Below the pieces are notes generated by a model. The model made no database searches, had not been told where the DNA came from, and saw only the letters and a list, made by a program, of their open reading frames with translations. 64,000 nucleotides of DNA from the human T2T-CHM13v2.0 reference genome, Homo sapiens, in assembly GCF_009914755.1 (NCBI RefSeq), contig NC_060947.1. One strand, written 5' to 3'. Both the position numbers and the translations under genes were made by a program. This document shows, piece by piece, positions 28,048 to 42,043 of the stretch (the stretch's first letter is position 1; each line of letters starts with the position of its first letter).

Positions 28048-30847
28048 GTACTAATCCGTTCTCGCATTGCTATAAAGGACTACCTAAGACTGAGTAATTT
28101 ATAAAGAAAAGAGGTTTAATTGACTCACAGTTCTGCAGGCTCTACAGGAAGCATGGCTGGGGAGGCCTCAGGAAAGTTACAATCATAGCGGAAGGCAAAG
28201 AGGAAGGAGGCACATCTTATATGGCCAGAGAAGGAGAAAGAGAAAGTGAAGGGGGAGGTGCTATACACTTTTAAACAACCACATCTTGTGAGAGCTCAAC
28301 ATCACGAGAATAGCAAGGGGGAAATCGACCCCCATGATCCAATCGCCTCCCACCAGTCCCCTCCTCCAACACTAGGGATTACAATTCAACATGAGATTTG
28401 GGTGGGGACACAAATCCAAATCATATCATTCCACCCCTGCCCCCTCCCAAATCTCATGTACTTCTCACATTGCAAAATACAATAATCTCCTCTCAACAGT
28501 CCCCCAAGTCTTAACCCATTTCAGCATTAACTCAAAAATCCACAGTCCAAAGTCTCAACTGAGACAAGGCAAGTCCCTTCTGCCTATGAGCCTGTAAAAT
28601 CTAAAACAAGTTAGCTACTTCCAAGATAAAATTGAGGTACAGGCATTGGGTAAATACTCCCTTTCCAAAAGGGGGACATCGGCCAAAACAAAGGGGCTAC
28701 AGGCCCCATGCAAGTCCAAAACCCAACAGGACAGTCATTAATTCTTTTTTTTTTTTTTTTCCACTACAAAATAATTTATTCGAACACACAGCTACAGCGC
28801 GAGACTCCTATGTACAAGCACATTGACGCTCCTGACTACCCTCAACTAGAGGACCCTTTTCTTCCCCCTTGCCTTGCAGACCTCTTCTATCGAATCTTTC
28901 ATGTACTGGATCTCCTCGGCCAGGGAATCCGCCCTCTCTTGCAGAGCCTCGTTCTTCTTTTCCACCGCTTTGCACTCACCAGTGAGGACCTCCTGCTCCA
29001 CCCTCTTCTTCTGGCGATACCTAGTTCCTGCTGTTTGGTTTTGCTCCATTTTTTTTTCAGCTTCTTATCCAGTTTCTCACCCTTTACTTGTGCTGCTACC
29101 ATCTTCTCTCCAGGAGGGTCATAAGGTTTGGGGCAGGCAGAGCCACAGAGGACACCTGGAGATGGCGGGCTCCTACTCGGAGAGCCCCTGGAGGTAGAGG
29201 GAGAGCCCAGATAGGACTCTGGGCTCATACAGATGCCACTATCATTATCTGAGGGGGCGTCTTCCTCCTTTGTGCAGTGAGGGATCTTGGAAATGTAAGC
29301 AGTGGAGTCTGGCTTCCTAGCTCCTTCAAAGATATCCACTTCACTGCCCAGCTCTAGACTAAAGGAATAATCTGGAGTGGAGGACTGGACCCCTGGGGAA
29401 AGGGGAAGAGGTTGCAAGAAGGTGAAGGGGGCAACCTGGTCGGGTTAAACTTTCTGGGAGATGGCAAATCGGGTTCACCATCTGGGGGGGGCTCCTTAAT
29501 AGTCTCCTGGACTGGGGGGGCTCCTTAATAGTCTCCTGGACTAGGGGGGCAAAGAGATCACACGAGTCATCCAACGTGGCCAGAAGCTCGTCTGGCATGG
29601 TTTCCAGGTCATCTATACCCAACAGGGCATCAAAGTCGAACTCCTTCAGATCAGTTTTCTCCAACATCCAATCTGTCCCAAAGAAAGCATCCTCCTTGCC
29701 ATCGTTGGAGGCACTGACCAACCCATCCACAGCCAGCCACTCGGAGGAGTCTGCCTTAGCCTTGTCGCTGGAGAACCCATGAGGTTTGAAGTGCTTGGCC
29801 ACCTCCAGGTAGTCATCTAAGAGACCTAGGCTTTCTTCAGTCCCCAAACCTGACTGGTCAAGGGGGGACATCAAGCCCCCACCAACACCTCGCTGCTCAG
29901 GAAGCTCATCTCGGTCATGGTGCAGTGCTTTGCTGGAATCAACGAATGTGCTTAATTCGAAGGTGTCTTTGTCGGTTACAGCAATGCTGCTGCTGAATGC
30001 TGTGAGAAGTGCTACGGCTTAAGCCGCCGGTGGATGCCACTGCAGAGCCTGGTGCTGCTGCCACCGCTGCAAAGGCCAAGGCTGCCACAGGCACTGCTGC
30101 CCCTAAAACGCCATGGAGGCCATGGACCCTGCAGGCGGGGAGGAGGGAAGGTGCGCACGTGCGGAGGAAACTACATCTGTGGGCGGGCGGAGCAGAAAAT
30201 CGTCATTAATTCTTAAAGCTCCAAAATAATCTCCTTTGGCTCCATGTCTTACATCCAGGCCACACTGAGGCAAGGGGTGGGCTCCTGAGGCCTTGGGCAG
30301 CTCCGCTCCTGTGGCTCTGCAGGGTACAGCCCCCTCGGCTGCTTTCCTGGGCTGGTATTGAATGTCTGCAGCTTTTCCAGGAGTATAATGCGAGTTGTCA
30401 GTGGATCTATGATTCGGGGGTCTTGAGGATGGTGGCCCCCTTCTCACAGCTCCACTAGGCAGTGCCCCAGTGGGGACTCCAACCCCAGATTTCCCTTCTG
30501 CACTACGCTAGTAGAGGTTCCCCAGGAGGGCTCCGCCCCTGCAGCAGACTTCTGCCTGGACATTCAGGCGTTTCCATACATCCTCTGAATCTAGGCAGAG
30601 GTTCCCAAGCCTCAACTTTTGCCCTCTGCATACCCGCAGGCTTAACACCACATGGAAGCCACCAAGGCTTACAGCTTGCACCCTCCAGAGCAGCAGCCGG
30701 AGGCGTATCTGGGGCCCTTGTAGCCATGGCTGGAGCTGGAGCAGCTGGGGCGCAGATAGCAGTGTCCCGAGGGTGCTCAGGCCAGCAGGGCTCTGGGCTG
30801 GGTCCAAAAAACCATTCTTCCCTCTTCAGCCTCCAGGCCTGTGAATG
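28048..30847 (-). mobile_element. MSTA LTR (28048-28428) plus MaLR internal sequence, interrupted by the ATF4 retrocopy
   Basis: LTR motifs, then internal motifs GAGACAAGGCAAGTCCCTTC...TTAAAGCTCCAAAATAATCTCC that continue across the insertion. Confidence 0.8.
28747..30201 (-). pseudogene. ATF4P1: ATF4 processed pseudogene, full length with 5' UTR and poly(A)
   Basis: Intronless ATF4 (ATG 29918 MTEMSFLSSEVLVG; LLDDYLEVAKHFKPHG; DSGICMS; bZIP to stop 28846) with frameshifts and a ~30-bp tandem duplication at 29484-29542. Poly-T to 28760. 13-bp TSD GTCATTAATTCTT at 28734 and 30202. P1 versus its twin P2 cannot be decided from sequence alone. Confidence 0.93.
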
Positions 30848-31829
30848 ACCCTCAAAAAATTAAAAATAGAACTACCATATGATCCAGCTCTCCCACTTCT
30901 GGGTATAGATCTGAAGGAAATGAAATCTATTTCTTCCTGAGTCAGTTTTCATGGTTTGTACATTTCTAGGAATTTGTCCACTTCATCTAGGTTATCTAAT
31001 TTGTTGGCAAACAATTGTTCACAATCTTCTCATGTAATCCTTTTTGGGGGTAGAAGAATTCAGTAACAATCAACAAAATGAAAAGGCAACCTGCAGAATA
31101 TTGAGGAATAACATATTGTTCACATCTTATCAATATAATAAAATATGTGCATTTTGTGGGGGCAATAATAAATACTCTCAGTTTTTTCCTCATCAGCTAT
31201 AACAGGGTTGGAGTCTACAGTGATATCTTCTCAAGTCTCCAGCATCTGTGTCGCACTCAGGTAGCACCACACAGTCCCGAGTGAGCCCCTAACAGATACT
31301 CATCTCCCTTGGGACAGAAGCAGCACATAGACTTCCATCTCTGGTCATTAGGTCCCACGGCCTAGGGACCATGTCTCAAAATTAGCTTCGATGCCATAAC
31401 ATATTTGATCAGAATATAGGTAATGTGATAAGCTGAAATATAAGCATTCCAACTGAACTTCAGGCATAGCAATGGCAAATTGGAAAGAGATGCAAAGAGA
31501 TTTCAAGGACCTTGGAAATTCACGATGTCATTTAAGAAGAAAACACACGTCACTCCATTCCAGTAAAGAATCACAGACTCGGCCATGCATGTTGGCTCAT
31601 GCCTGTAGTCCCAGTACTTTGGGAGATCCAGGTGGGAGGATCGCTTGAGCCCAGGAGTTCAAGAATCACAGACTCTTCCAGCTCCCAGTCCGGTGCTCTT
31701 AACCACTACGTGCTGCCAGTCATCAATATTCTCCCATATTTCCTTTAATGAAATAGGATCATTAAAGCTTAGGGGGAAACATTTGACAGGAAAAGATTTC
31801 ACGTATTTTTCTAGATTTTCATTTCTTCT

Positions 31830-32135
31830 TTTTGTTGTTGTTTTTTTTGGAGACAAGGTCTCACTCTGTCACCCAGGTCAGAGTGCAGCGGTGCAATCAC
31901 AGCTCACTGCAGCCTCGACTTCCCATGCTCAATCCATCTTCCCACCTCAGCCTCCTAAGTAGCTGGGACTACAGGTGCACACCTCCACGCCCGACTCATT
32001 TTTTAAAATTGTTTGTAGAGATGGCGTCTGACTATGTTGCCCGGGCTGGTCTCAAACTCCTGGACACAAGCAGTCCTCCCGCCTCAGCTTCCCAAAGTGT
32101 AGGGATTACAGGCGTGAGCCACACTGCACCAGGCC
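31830..32135 (-). mobile_element. AluJ
   Basis: Antisense Alu dimer. Confidence 0.85.
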
Positions 32136-33105
32136 GCCTTCATTTCCTCTTTTATATAGACTCCAGTTGAATTTTTAAAAAGTAGTTGGTCGCCCGGAGG
32201 CAGAGACTGTCTTATAGTTTTTCTGTTTCCCAGAGTGCCTTGCTAAATACCCAATTGTTGACCTAATCTTTAAACTCAGAAGTACAAATTTACTGCACTG
32301 TAAAGACATAGACTCAACAGGTACAAAATCTTTGGTCTTTCAATCAACATAGGTCATGGAAACATCACTTCATTCCTAAATGCCAACGTAATGAATACAA
32401 GAGAATTGGTTTGAAACAAACATTTTGATCAGTGTTCACTTAAATTCCCAGGGGATTCCCACCTTATTCCACTCCCTCGGCTCAGCACACGTATTATAAG
32501 CCACACTAGTCCGCATCTGGTGTTACAACTTTCTGTCCAATTTCAGAACACCCTCCTTTCACCAATTCATGACCTGCAACCCTTCCACCGCCATTTCCAC
32601 AAGCAAACTTCAGGTCTTTTTCAAGGTGAAGTGCCGTACTTGCTGCAGCACTTAGGTATTTTTTAACCATTTAACATGCATAGAATTGTGCTACCATTTT
32701 CATTAGGTTCCTATCTTCGTTTTTTTATGTGTCACTGACAAAGGTTTTGAGTATTGTGTCCCTAACCCCATTTTTCCTATAAGTTTTGCGATTTGTACTA
32801 CACAATGATTTTGAGGTGTACACGTATGTCATGCTATAATCATAACTCATTGTATCACGGTTTGGGGAAAAAATTAACCAATAACCAATTTATTTTTTCA
32901 AAGATAACAGGTGTGCAAGCTTCCAGCAAATCTGCTTAAGCATAAGATCAAATCAGAGAACAGCTGTTTTTCCTCCAATGTTGATCCAGTGGCTAGCTAG
33001 CCCTCAAATCAGACACTAGATTTGGAACTGGGAGGACATCATTCACCTTGAAGTAGTGAACAAAAACATGGTTTTGTCAAAAAATAAAAGGGATAAAAGT
33101 CATTA

Positions 33106-33333
<228 letters not shown>

Positions 33334-33733
33334 CTATTCATAGACGTGGAAGCTAAAACTAAGAGAGGCTGAGTGACTGGCCCAAAGTACCATGGCTGAT
33401 AGGGGTTGTAATGAACTCAAGTGGTCTTTGTCTAGGATCAGAAATACCACCATCATATGTAATGGTGCTTGTAACTGTGACGTGTTATTTCCAATTGTCT
33501 GCAAAACACAAACATGAATAAATGAGATGAGTTGTTGGGGAAAAGTAAGAAAAAGGTGACACTGTTAAGGTTACCCATCTCTCCACGTACCTCGTAACAT
33601 CAGACCCTGATTGGGGCAGAAAACCCTGGCCTGTACCACGATAAATGCCTCCTGTGCAATAATAGGATGTTCAACAGCTCTTCGGTACCAACGATGAACA
33701 AATTTTTTGCAAAAGAATATTATTGCTGCAATT

Positions 33734-34095
33734 GGCCGGGCATGGTGGCTTATGCCTGTAATCCCAACACTCTGGGAGACCGAGCTGGGCAGATTGCTTG
33801 AGCCCAAGAGTTTGAGAGCAGCCTGGGCAACATGGCTGTACCCACTCTCTACAAAAAATTGTAAAATTTGCCAGGCGCGGTGGCGCACGCCTGTGGTCCC
33901 AGCTACTCTGGAGGCTGACGTGGGAAGATGGCATTGAGCCCAGGAAGTCAAGGCTGCAATAAGCCATGTTCATGCCACTGCACTCCAGCTTGGGTGACAA
34001 AGTGAGACCTGGTCTCTCTCTATATATCTGTCTATCTATATCTATATCTATATCTATCTATCATCTATATCTATATCTATAGCTTAGCTATATCT
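33734..34095 (+). mobile_element. AluJ followed by a (TATC/TA) simple repeat
   Basis: Alu dimer motifs; tail replaced by a microsatellite. Confidence 0.8.
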
Positions 34096-34600
34096 GCAAC
34101 AGTGAATAGAAACCCCTTTAGCAAAGTGTTCCCAAACTCTTGCTTCTAATTCTTGACCAACTCAGAAGTAAAGGAGGAGAATGAAGTAAAGGAAGTCATA
34201 CGTTTCCGTGCTCTCATGCATATTTTTATTTCTGTAAGGTCAGTAGTAATGTGGCTACTTTCATTTCTGATTTTAGTCCTCGCTCTCTCTGTCTTAGTCC
34301 AGCTAAATGTGTCTCCGTTGCTCTTTAAGCACTTCCTTATTTTTCTGGGACAACAAGATGATCCAGTTAATCTTGGACTTTCTCTGCCCTAGCCCTGGAA
34401 TCAGTCATTTCTCTAGTGAGCTCTGTTCTTTTTAATCAAGACGGTTGTTTAGAAATCGAGACCCAGGCACTAAGTCAACTCACTGCTATTGAGATGGTCC
34501 CAGGCCTTCTAAGTGATGGAGCTGAGAAATACCCATACACACAGCCCTATTTTACAGCTATGCTTATTTCTATACCTATCTGTATATTGAAAGCCATCAG

Positions 34601-34810
34601 TGTATCAGGCCACTCTTGCACCGCTATAAAGAAATACCTGAGACTGGGTAATTTATACAGAAAAGAGGTTTAATGGGCTCTTGGTTCTGCAGGCTCTGCA
34701 GGACGCCTAGTGCTGGCATCTGCCCAGCTTCTAGAGAGGCCTCGGGAAGCTTCTACTTGTGGTGGGAGGCAAAGCAAGAGCTTGTGTATCTCATGGCGAA
34801 AGCAGGAGCA

Positions 34811-34846
<36 letters not shown>

Positions 34847-35047
34847 TGTGTGTCGGGGCGGGGGGAATGCCACCCACTTTAAAATGACAAGATCTCTCGA
34901 GAACTCACTATCACGAAGACAGCACCAAGCCATTCATGAGGGATCCACCCCCATGACCCAAACACCCCCTACCAGGCCCCACCTCCAGCCCTGGGGATTA
35001 CAAGTTAACATCAGATGTGGGTGGGGACAAACATCCAAACTAGATCA
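34601..35047 (-). mobile_element. MST LTR containing (GA)n(GT)n
   Basis: MST motifs; microsatellite at ~34813-34853. Confidence 0.8.
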
Positions 35048-35654
35048 ATGAATTCACACCAACAACTCCAAATCGAATCCACATTCAAGCCTTCTCTCTT
35101 TTCATATCTGCAACTCCTTTTCCAAACGGTGAGAAAGCCAGGTCCCTACATCATTCATATATTTACTGCAAAGCCAGTCAACCATCTGAGCCCATCAGGT
35201 CACCACCCAACTTGGCACACGTTCCTCTCTTGGACCCCTGACCCCTCCCCAGGACACAGTCACCCTCGCCGACTCCCTTCCTTACTCCACAAAACTTCCT
35301 TGTGCAGGACACTGCTGCGCTCAGCGGAGGATCGTGCTTCACACTGGTCCCCAGCTGCCCTCCACGCTTTCCTTGAGTGGGCCCCCAATCCCAGGGGCTT
35401 TTGGAAGAAGAGGGGGAGAAGGACAGGACCGAGGAAGAGAGGCAGGAAGGAAGACCAGCAGAGCAGCCGGCAGGAAGGGCCATTATTCCTTCTGATGCTC
35501 CATTCGTAGCCAATGGCAACTCAAATTGGTTGGCAGCAGTGTCCTCCTGACAAACGCTGTGGTCATGTCTCAGATTTACCTCCAGAGGGAGCACTTCAGT
35601 CCATAGTCTTGGTGCCAGCTGCAATGGCATTAGCATTGCTTTGAAGGCTTTTCA

Positions 35655-36414
<760 letters not shown>

Positions 36415-36550
36415 CTCCAGCATCTGAACTCTTAGTCTCATGGTCTCTTTCCTGCCCTGGGTGTGCTTAGTTTTTATGTGCACTGCTCAGTGTCATTAAG
36501 AACTTTTTTTCCCCCAGTGCTCCTAAAGTTGTTATATTAATACATCGCTC

Positions 36551-36880
36551 TTTTTATTTTAAGAGCTCAGGTGTACATGTGCAGGTTTGTTATATGAGTA
36601 AACTTGTGTCATGGGGGTTTGCTGTACAGATTATTTTATCACCTAGGTATTAAGCCTAGCACCCATGAGCTATTTTTCCTCATACTCTCCCTCCTCCCAA
36701 CCTCCGCCCTGCAAAAGGCCCCAGTGTGTTTCATTCCCCTCTATGTATCCGTGTGTTCTCATCATTTAGCTCCCACTTATAAGTGAGAACATGTGGTATT
36801 TGGTTGTCTGTTCCTGCGTCAGTTTGCTAAGGATAATGGCCTCCAGCTCCATCCACGCTCCTGCAAAGGACATGCTCTCA
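36551..36880 (-). mobile_element. L1PA/PB 3' end fragment
   Basis: CTCCCACTTATAAGTGAGAACATGTGGTATTTGG motif. Confidence 0.8.
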
Positions 36881-36951
36881 CTCAGGAACTTTTGTGGAGA
36901 CTGCATCTCAACCCCAGGCTCCCACGAATCCACACATCCGTTGGGGTAACC

Positions 36952-37400
36952 GTTGTGGGTTGAATTGTGTCCCCCAAAAAGGTATGTTCAAGTCCTAACA
37001 CCTGGGTGCCTGGGAATGTGACCTGATTTGGAAATAGGGTCTTTGCCGATGTAATCAAGTTAAGGTCATACTAGATTGGGGTGGGCGCTAATCAAATGTG
37101 ACTAGTGTCCTCATAAGAGAGAGAGGCAGACACACTGGGAAGATGACCCCACGAAGAAGGAGGCAGAGATTGGAGCGGTGTCTCTATGAGACAGAGAGTG
37201 CCAGGGATTGCCAGAAACCACCTGGAGCTACGAGAGAGGCATGGAACAGATTCTCCCACAGAGCCTCCAGTAGGAACCAACCCTGCTGACAGCTGGATTC
37301 CAGACTTGTAGCTTCCAGAACCACGGGAGAATCCGTTTCTGTTGTTTTCGGCCACCCAGTTTGTGGCCATTTCTTACGGCAGCCCTAGAAAACTAATATG
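36952..37400 (+). mobile_element. MLT1 LTR
   Basis: GGGTTGAATTGTGTCCCCC...GCAGCCCTAGAAAACTAATA. Confidence 0.8.
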
Positions 37401-38470
37401 GGTACTGTCGGCCCAGGACCACCTCAGACCAAATTTAGGACTCGAGGGCCACTGAACGGCCCCACCAGGAAAACCTAGACTGCAAGTCTGCACAGAACCT
37501 GGCCCTTGGCCACAACTTTGCACAGGGGTGTTTTCCCTTTCCTTTCATCTCCTGCTTCCCCGCAATCTGCAGAGCTGGGGTGGGGTTTCCTTAACGTAGC
37601 GGGGGCTGCTATACAACTCCCCACACTTCACAAAGGCTTTGGGCCTTGCCTGCTGTCTCCCTTGCCTGGACGGCCTCCAGAACCAAAACCCAAGTTTGCC
37701 CAGGTCGGCCAGCGTCCTCGGGAAATAAGCAGCTTCAGTGGCGTACTTCTTCTTGGATTCCCACTTCCTCTCAGGTTTTGCTCTCTTGTTGGTTCTCAGC
37801 TGTTTTGAACAGTCTCAAACTGTTTCATCTATCATTTGCAGTTATTTTCAGCAGAAATATCTGTCTCAATAATACCACCCAGCATCACCAGAAACAGATG
37901 GCAGGTCTTGCAGTGCTTTCGGGGATGGACAGACAGACCACCCTGACCACCGCCCGCTAGGTGCGGGAGAAGACTTATTTCCAGCTATAGCACACATTTG
38001 TCGACTTTGGCTCTCCTAGACTGAGAAAGCAAATCTCACCCCTTCCCCTCAGGCCTGCGACACTCGGAACCAACGCGACCGATGGAATCCCTGGATCTCC
38101 CCGCTTCCTGTGACCGCTGAGTTCTGTTCCTCCAAGGGTACAATGACATCCATCAGCTGCCTGCCCCCTGCTGACACACTTTCTGTTTGAGGGTTTCCCT
38201 CTCAATGACTATAGAGAAAGCAACCTGGGCCGGGTAGAAGAGCAGCTGCTAGTCTCCTGGTTGGTACCAACCCTGGGTCTCTGAGGAAAGGACAGAGTAG
38301 GGTCACTCTGCTTCACAACACAAAGTCAGTCGCCCATTCTCCCTGCCAGTTCTCAAGCCTGTAATCCCAGCATTTGGGGAGGCCCAGGTGGGAGGATCAC
38401 TTGATTTCCAGGAGTTCGAGTCCAGCCTGGGCAACACAGTGAGAACCTGTCTCTACTGTTAAAAAACGTA

Positions 38471-38775
38471 AGGAAGGAAGGAAGGAAGGAAGGAAGGGAG
38501 GGAGGGAGGGAGGGAGGAAGGGAGGAAAGGAAGGAATAAGGAAAAAAGGAAGGAGGGAAGGAAGGAAGGGAGGAAGGAACGAAGAAAGGAATAAGGAAGA
38601 GGGAAAGAAGGAAGGAAGGAATAAGGAAGAGGGAAAGAAGGAAGGAAGGAATAAGGAAGAGGGAAAGAAGGAAGGAAGGAATAAGGAAGAGGGAAAGAAG
38701 GAAGGAAGGAATAAGGAAGAGGGAGTGAAGTAAGGAAGGAAGGAATAAGGAAGAGGAAGGAAGGAAGGAAGGATG
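38471..38775. repeat. Polypurine (GGAA)-type tract with four perfect 30-bp units (38591-38710)
   Basis: Unit ATAAGGAAGAGGGAAAGAAGGAAGGAAGGA; follows an Alu monomer. Confidence 0.95.
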
Positions 38776-39314
38776 AAAAAAAGGTCACCTGTCAAACATA
38801 GCTTTAGGAGAGGATGTAAATGTTCAATGTTGATCTTCTTCTGTGTCTTCATTTGCATTTTCATGGGAGCTTACAGGAGGCGCCCAGGTGTCTTAGACAA
38901 CATTTTTAAAATAACGACTTGAGGTTTAATTCACATGCTACACAATTCACATGTCTAAAGTGTACAATTCGATGGTTTTTAGTATATTCATAGATACGTG
39001 CAACCATCAGCATGACCAGCTTCAGGACATTCTCATCATCTCAAAAGGAAACTCTGTCTCCATCAGCAGTCACTCCCCGTTTTCCCCCAACTCCTCCAGC
39101 CCTGGGCAACAACCAATCGACTTTCCTTAGACAACGTTTTGAGCCCTTATTGGGAGGAATTATAGTCGAATGGAAAATCCAGTTTGGGACGTGGTGTAAA
39201 CTGGAATTGCTTTCGTGGTTTTTCCTTGTGCCTTGGGTGGGGCACTGCCGTAAGAGCATTGCATCCATCCTTTCGTCGGTACTCTGCTGCACACGGATGG
39301 CATTTCTGCCCTTG

Positions 39315-39680
39315 TTACAGATGAGGAAACTGAGGCTCAGAGACATTAAGCAAGGGGCAGAGTGGGGCTTGTCCATGAGACCCCAGAGTCTGTGCTCTTG
39401 CACATACATTATCAGGCCAACATGATCTATCCATCCGAATTCCAAATAAATAAATAAAAATGCTTATAAGAAGTCCCCCCATGCTGCGGGGAGGCAGCGG
39501 CTCATGCCTGTAATCCCAACACTTAGGGAGGCACAGGTGGGAGGATTGCTTGAACCCAGGAGTTTGAGACCAGCCCAGGCAACATGACAATACCTGCATC
39601 TCTGCAAAAACGAAAAAAAAAAAAAAAAAAAAAAAGACAAAAAGAAGTCCCTCCAAGTTAGTCGCCATGCTCTCTACCAT
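39315..39680 (-). ncRNA. FAM223B: FAM223 (CXorf52)-type locus; 121-aa Alu/MIR-derived ORF, probably non-coding
   Basis: [21 protein letters not shown]... resembles the putative FAM223 product as I recall it, and its position between ATF4P and IKBKGP1 fits. Transcript ends are not determinable here. Confidence 0.55.
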
Positions 39681-39856
39681 GGGTTTTCTGTGTTATCCCT
39701 ATCACATGCATACAGTCATTTCTACCAAGCACCATTTATGGTGACAGGGTATGGTCTACAAAAATATTGACAGAGAAATCCTGATGGAGCTCAAGACAAG
39801 CTCAGGCCACCAAGAAATGTGCACCGAGTGTAGCTGTGCCGAGCATCGTTCTAGGG

Positions 39857-40248
39857 CAGGGGTCCCCAACCCCCCGGCCACGGACCGATACTGGTCTGTG
39901 GCCTGTTAAGAACTGAGCCACAGAGCAGGCGGCGAGTGGTGGGCACGCGAGCGAAGCTTCATCTGTGTGTACAGCTGCTCCCCATTGCTCGCATGACCGC
40001 CTGAGCTCTGCCTCCTGTCAGATCAGCCAGCGGCCTCAGACTCTCACAGGAGCGCAAACCCTATTGTGAACTGTGTGTGCGAGGGATCATCTAGGTTGTG
40101 TGCTCCTTAGGAGCATCTGACTAATGCCTGATGATCTGAAGTGGAAGAGTTTCATCCCCGAACCGTCATCCCACGCCCCATCCCCGTCTGTGGAAAACTC
40201 GTCTTCCACAAAACCGGTCCCTGGTGCCAAAAAGGTTGGAGACCGCTG
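39857..40248. mobile_element. MER1-type hAT DNA transposon
   Basis: Terminal inverted repeats CAGGGGTCCCCAACC / GGTTGGAGACCGCTG and 8-bp TSD TTCTAGGG/TTCCGGGG. Confidence 0.8.
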
Positions 40249-41164
40249 TTCCGGGGGATGGTGCCTGACTGAGCTGGAGGAGGCCTCTGCTCTCCCTCTG
40301 GTGGAAGGAGAGAGAAAACAAAGCAGAATAAATGAGGCCGTTTGGACTGCCAAGCTGGGAGTTAAAACAGTGCAGTGTGATTTAGGATGAGGACTTTAAG
40401 ATGAAGAAGGTGATACGCTTAGAACTGTTGAAAGTTTAAACTTAGAGCTGAATGAGAAAAAGAAATCGGCCATGCAAAGATGAGGGGACAACAAGGACAA
40501 GCGCCGTGTGTTCGAGGAAGGGCCAAGAGGCCAGCGTGTGTGAGGTGCGGCCGGCATGTGGTGCGGCTGGGTGCAGCGGGCCAGCAGGAGAGGGACATAA
40601 CGTGACGTCCCAGCGGCATGAGGGCTCTGCGAGCCAGGCTGAGGATGAGTTCAGGTTTCCAGGGCAACTGAAGGGCATGGCAGGGTTTCAGCAAAGGTTT
40701 ACCAGATGACACTGGCTGCCATGTGGAGAGTAGATCACAGGGAGCCCACGCTCTCCAGTGTGAAAGCAGCAAGGAGGTCACTGTGATAGTGTAGGCAAAA
40801 GGTGAAGGGACTCAGGAGTTTGGATCATGAGAGGAAGAGGAATCCGTTTTGGTTTAAGCAACTGGGGATGAGGGAAAGGGCAGAGTTGGCAGGGGGTGGG
40901 GGCTAAAAGTCCATTTCTGGCTTGGACGGGCTACTGGGCTCATTTTCGTGAAGGAACAGATCGGGACTGGAAGACAGAAATCTGTCATCAGCATCAAGGC
41001 CTTGAAGATGGACGAGGTCACAAAGGGGCAGTGTCTGAGCAAGGAGAGGAAGAGAATTCGGGAGTCAGCTCGGAGACACAGGAACCAGCAAGGAGCCTGC
41101 GAAGCAGCTGCCAGGACGTGGAAGGAGAACCAAGGGGTCTGAGGAGGAGAAAATGATGGTGCTC

Positions 41165-42043
41165 GGAACTGCAGAACCTCTCGGCAGGCACACTGCACTC
41201 AAACCCCTGCCCGAAGACACCCGGCCACCACCTCGCGGGGCCTCTGGGAGCCTAAGGCCGCGCCCCTGGGACGCCCCAGCCCCCTTTTGAGTGAGTTCCC
41301 GTCTGGAAACGCTCAGGGCTGCCCAGAGCATGTACTGTCTGTTCCGGCCAACACCTGACCTCCCTTTCTGACAGCATTTACTACAAAGGGCTTACCCTGT
41401 CCCTTTGAGACATCTGTGTAGCACCCACAACCCAGGGGCTTTCCCGAGGGCCCCGCAGCCACTCCTTGGAAACGGAAACCTCAGGAGGCGCGGGGCCCAG
41501 TCTCCCAGTCTCCACGGGACGGAAGCATCCCAACCTTGGTAAGCACCGGCAGCTCCCACACACGGCTGGCCTCGCGGCAAGGACGCTGGCTGCCCCGTCA
41601 TCTTTCACCTGAGCCTGCACTCGCCCCCTCCCGACTCCCTCCTTCTCCCTTCGCAAGGCCAGGCCGCCTCTGCTGGGGCGGGAACGGAGCTCAGCTCTCT
41701 CCCCCGCAAGCAGGGGTTTCTGAAGAAGATCTCTTTTGCCAGCTTGAACAAAGGCCCGCTTTTGTGTACCTTTGTGTATCTCCGGTGTTCTTGTCAAAAG
41801 AGGAGGACAGGCACAGAGGCCCGCGGGGACAAGGCCACAGGATGACGGAGATGGAGGCTGGAGAGGTGCAGCCGGCGGCCCCCGGCGCCGTGGAGAGGCC
41901 TGGAAGGCAGCTCCCTCGCGGCCCTGGCGGGGAGCCCACCCTGCCGACACCACCGCTAGCTCAGCCTCCAGGCCTCCAGAAGCGGGAGGCCACGCGTTTC
42001 TGTGGCTTCGGCCCCGCAGTCTGTGGTGCTTGGTCACGGCAGC
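41165..42043. repeat. MER67B-containing direct repeat, copy downstream of IKBKGP1 exon 10
   Basis: 879 bp, no difference seen from 52865-53743; offset 11,700. Confidence 0.95.

Noticed and set aside
38591-38720. CRISPR-like array of 30-bp repeats
   Set aside because: No spacers, purine-only, eukaryotic context; a minisatellite.
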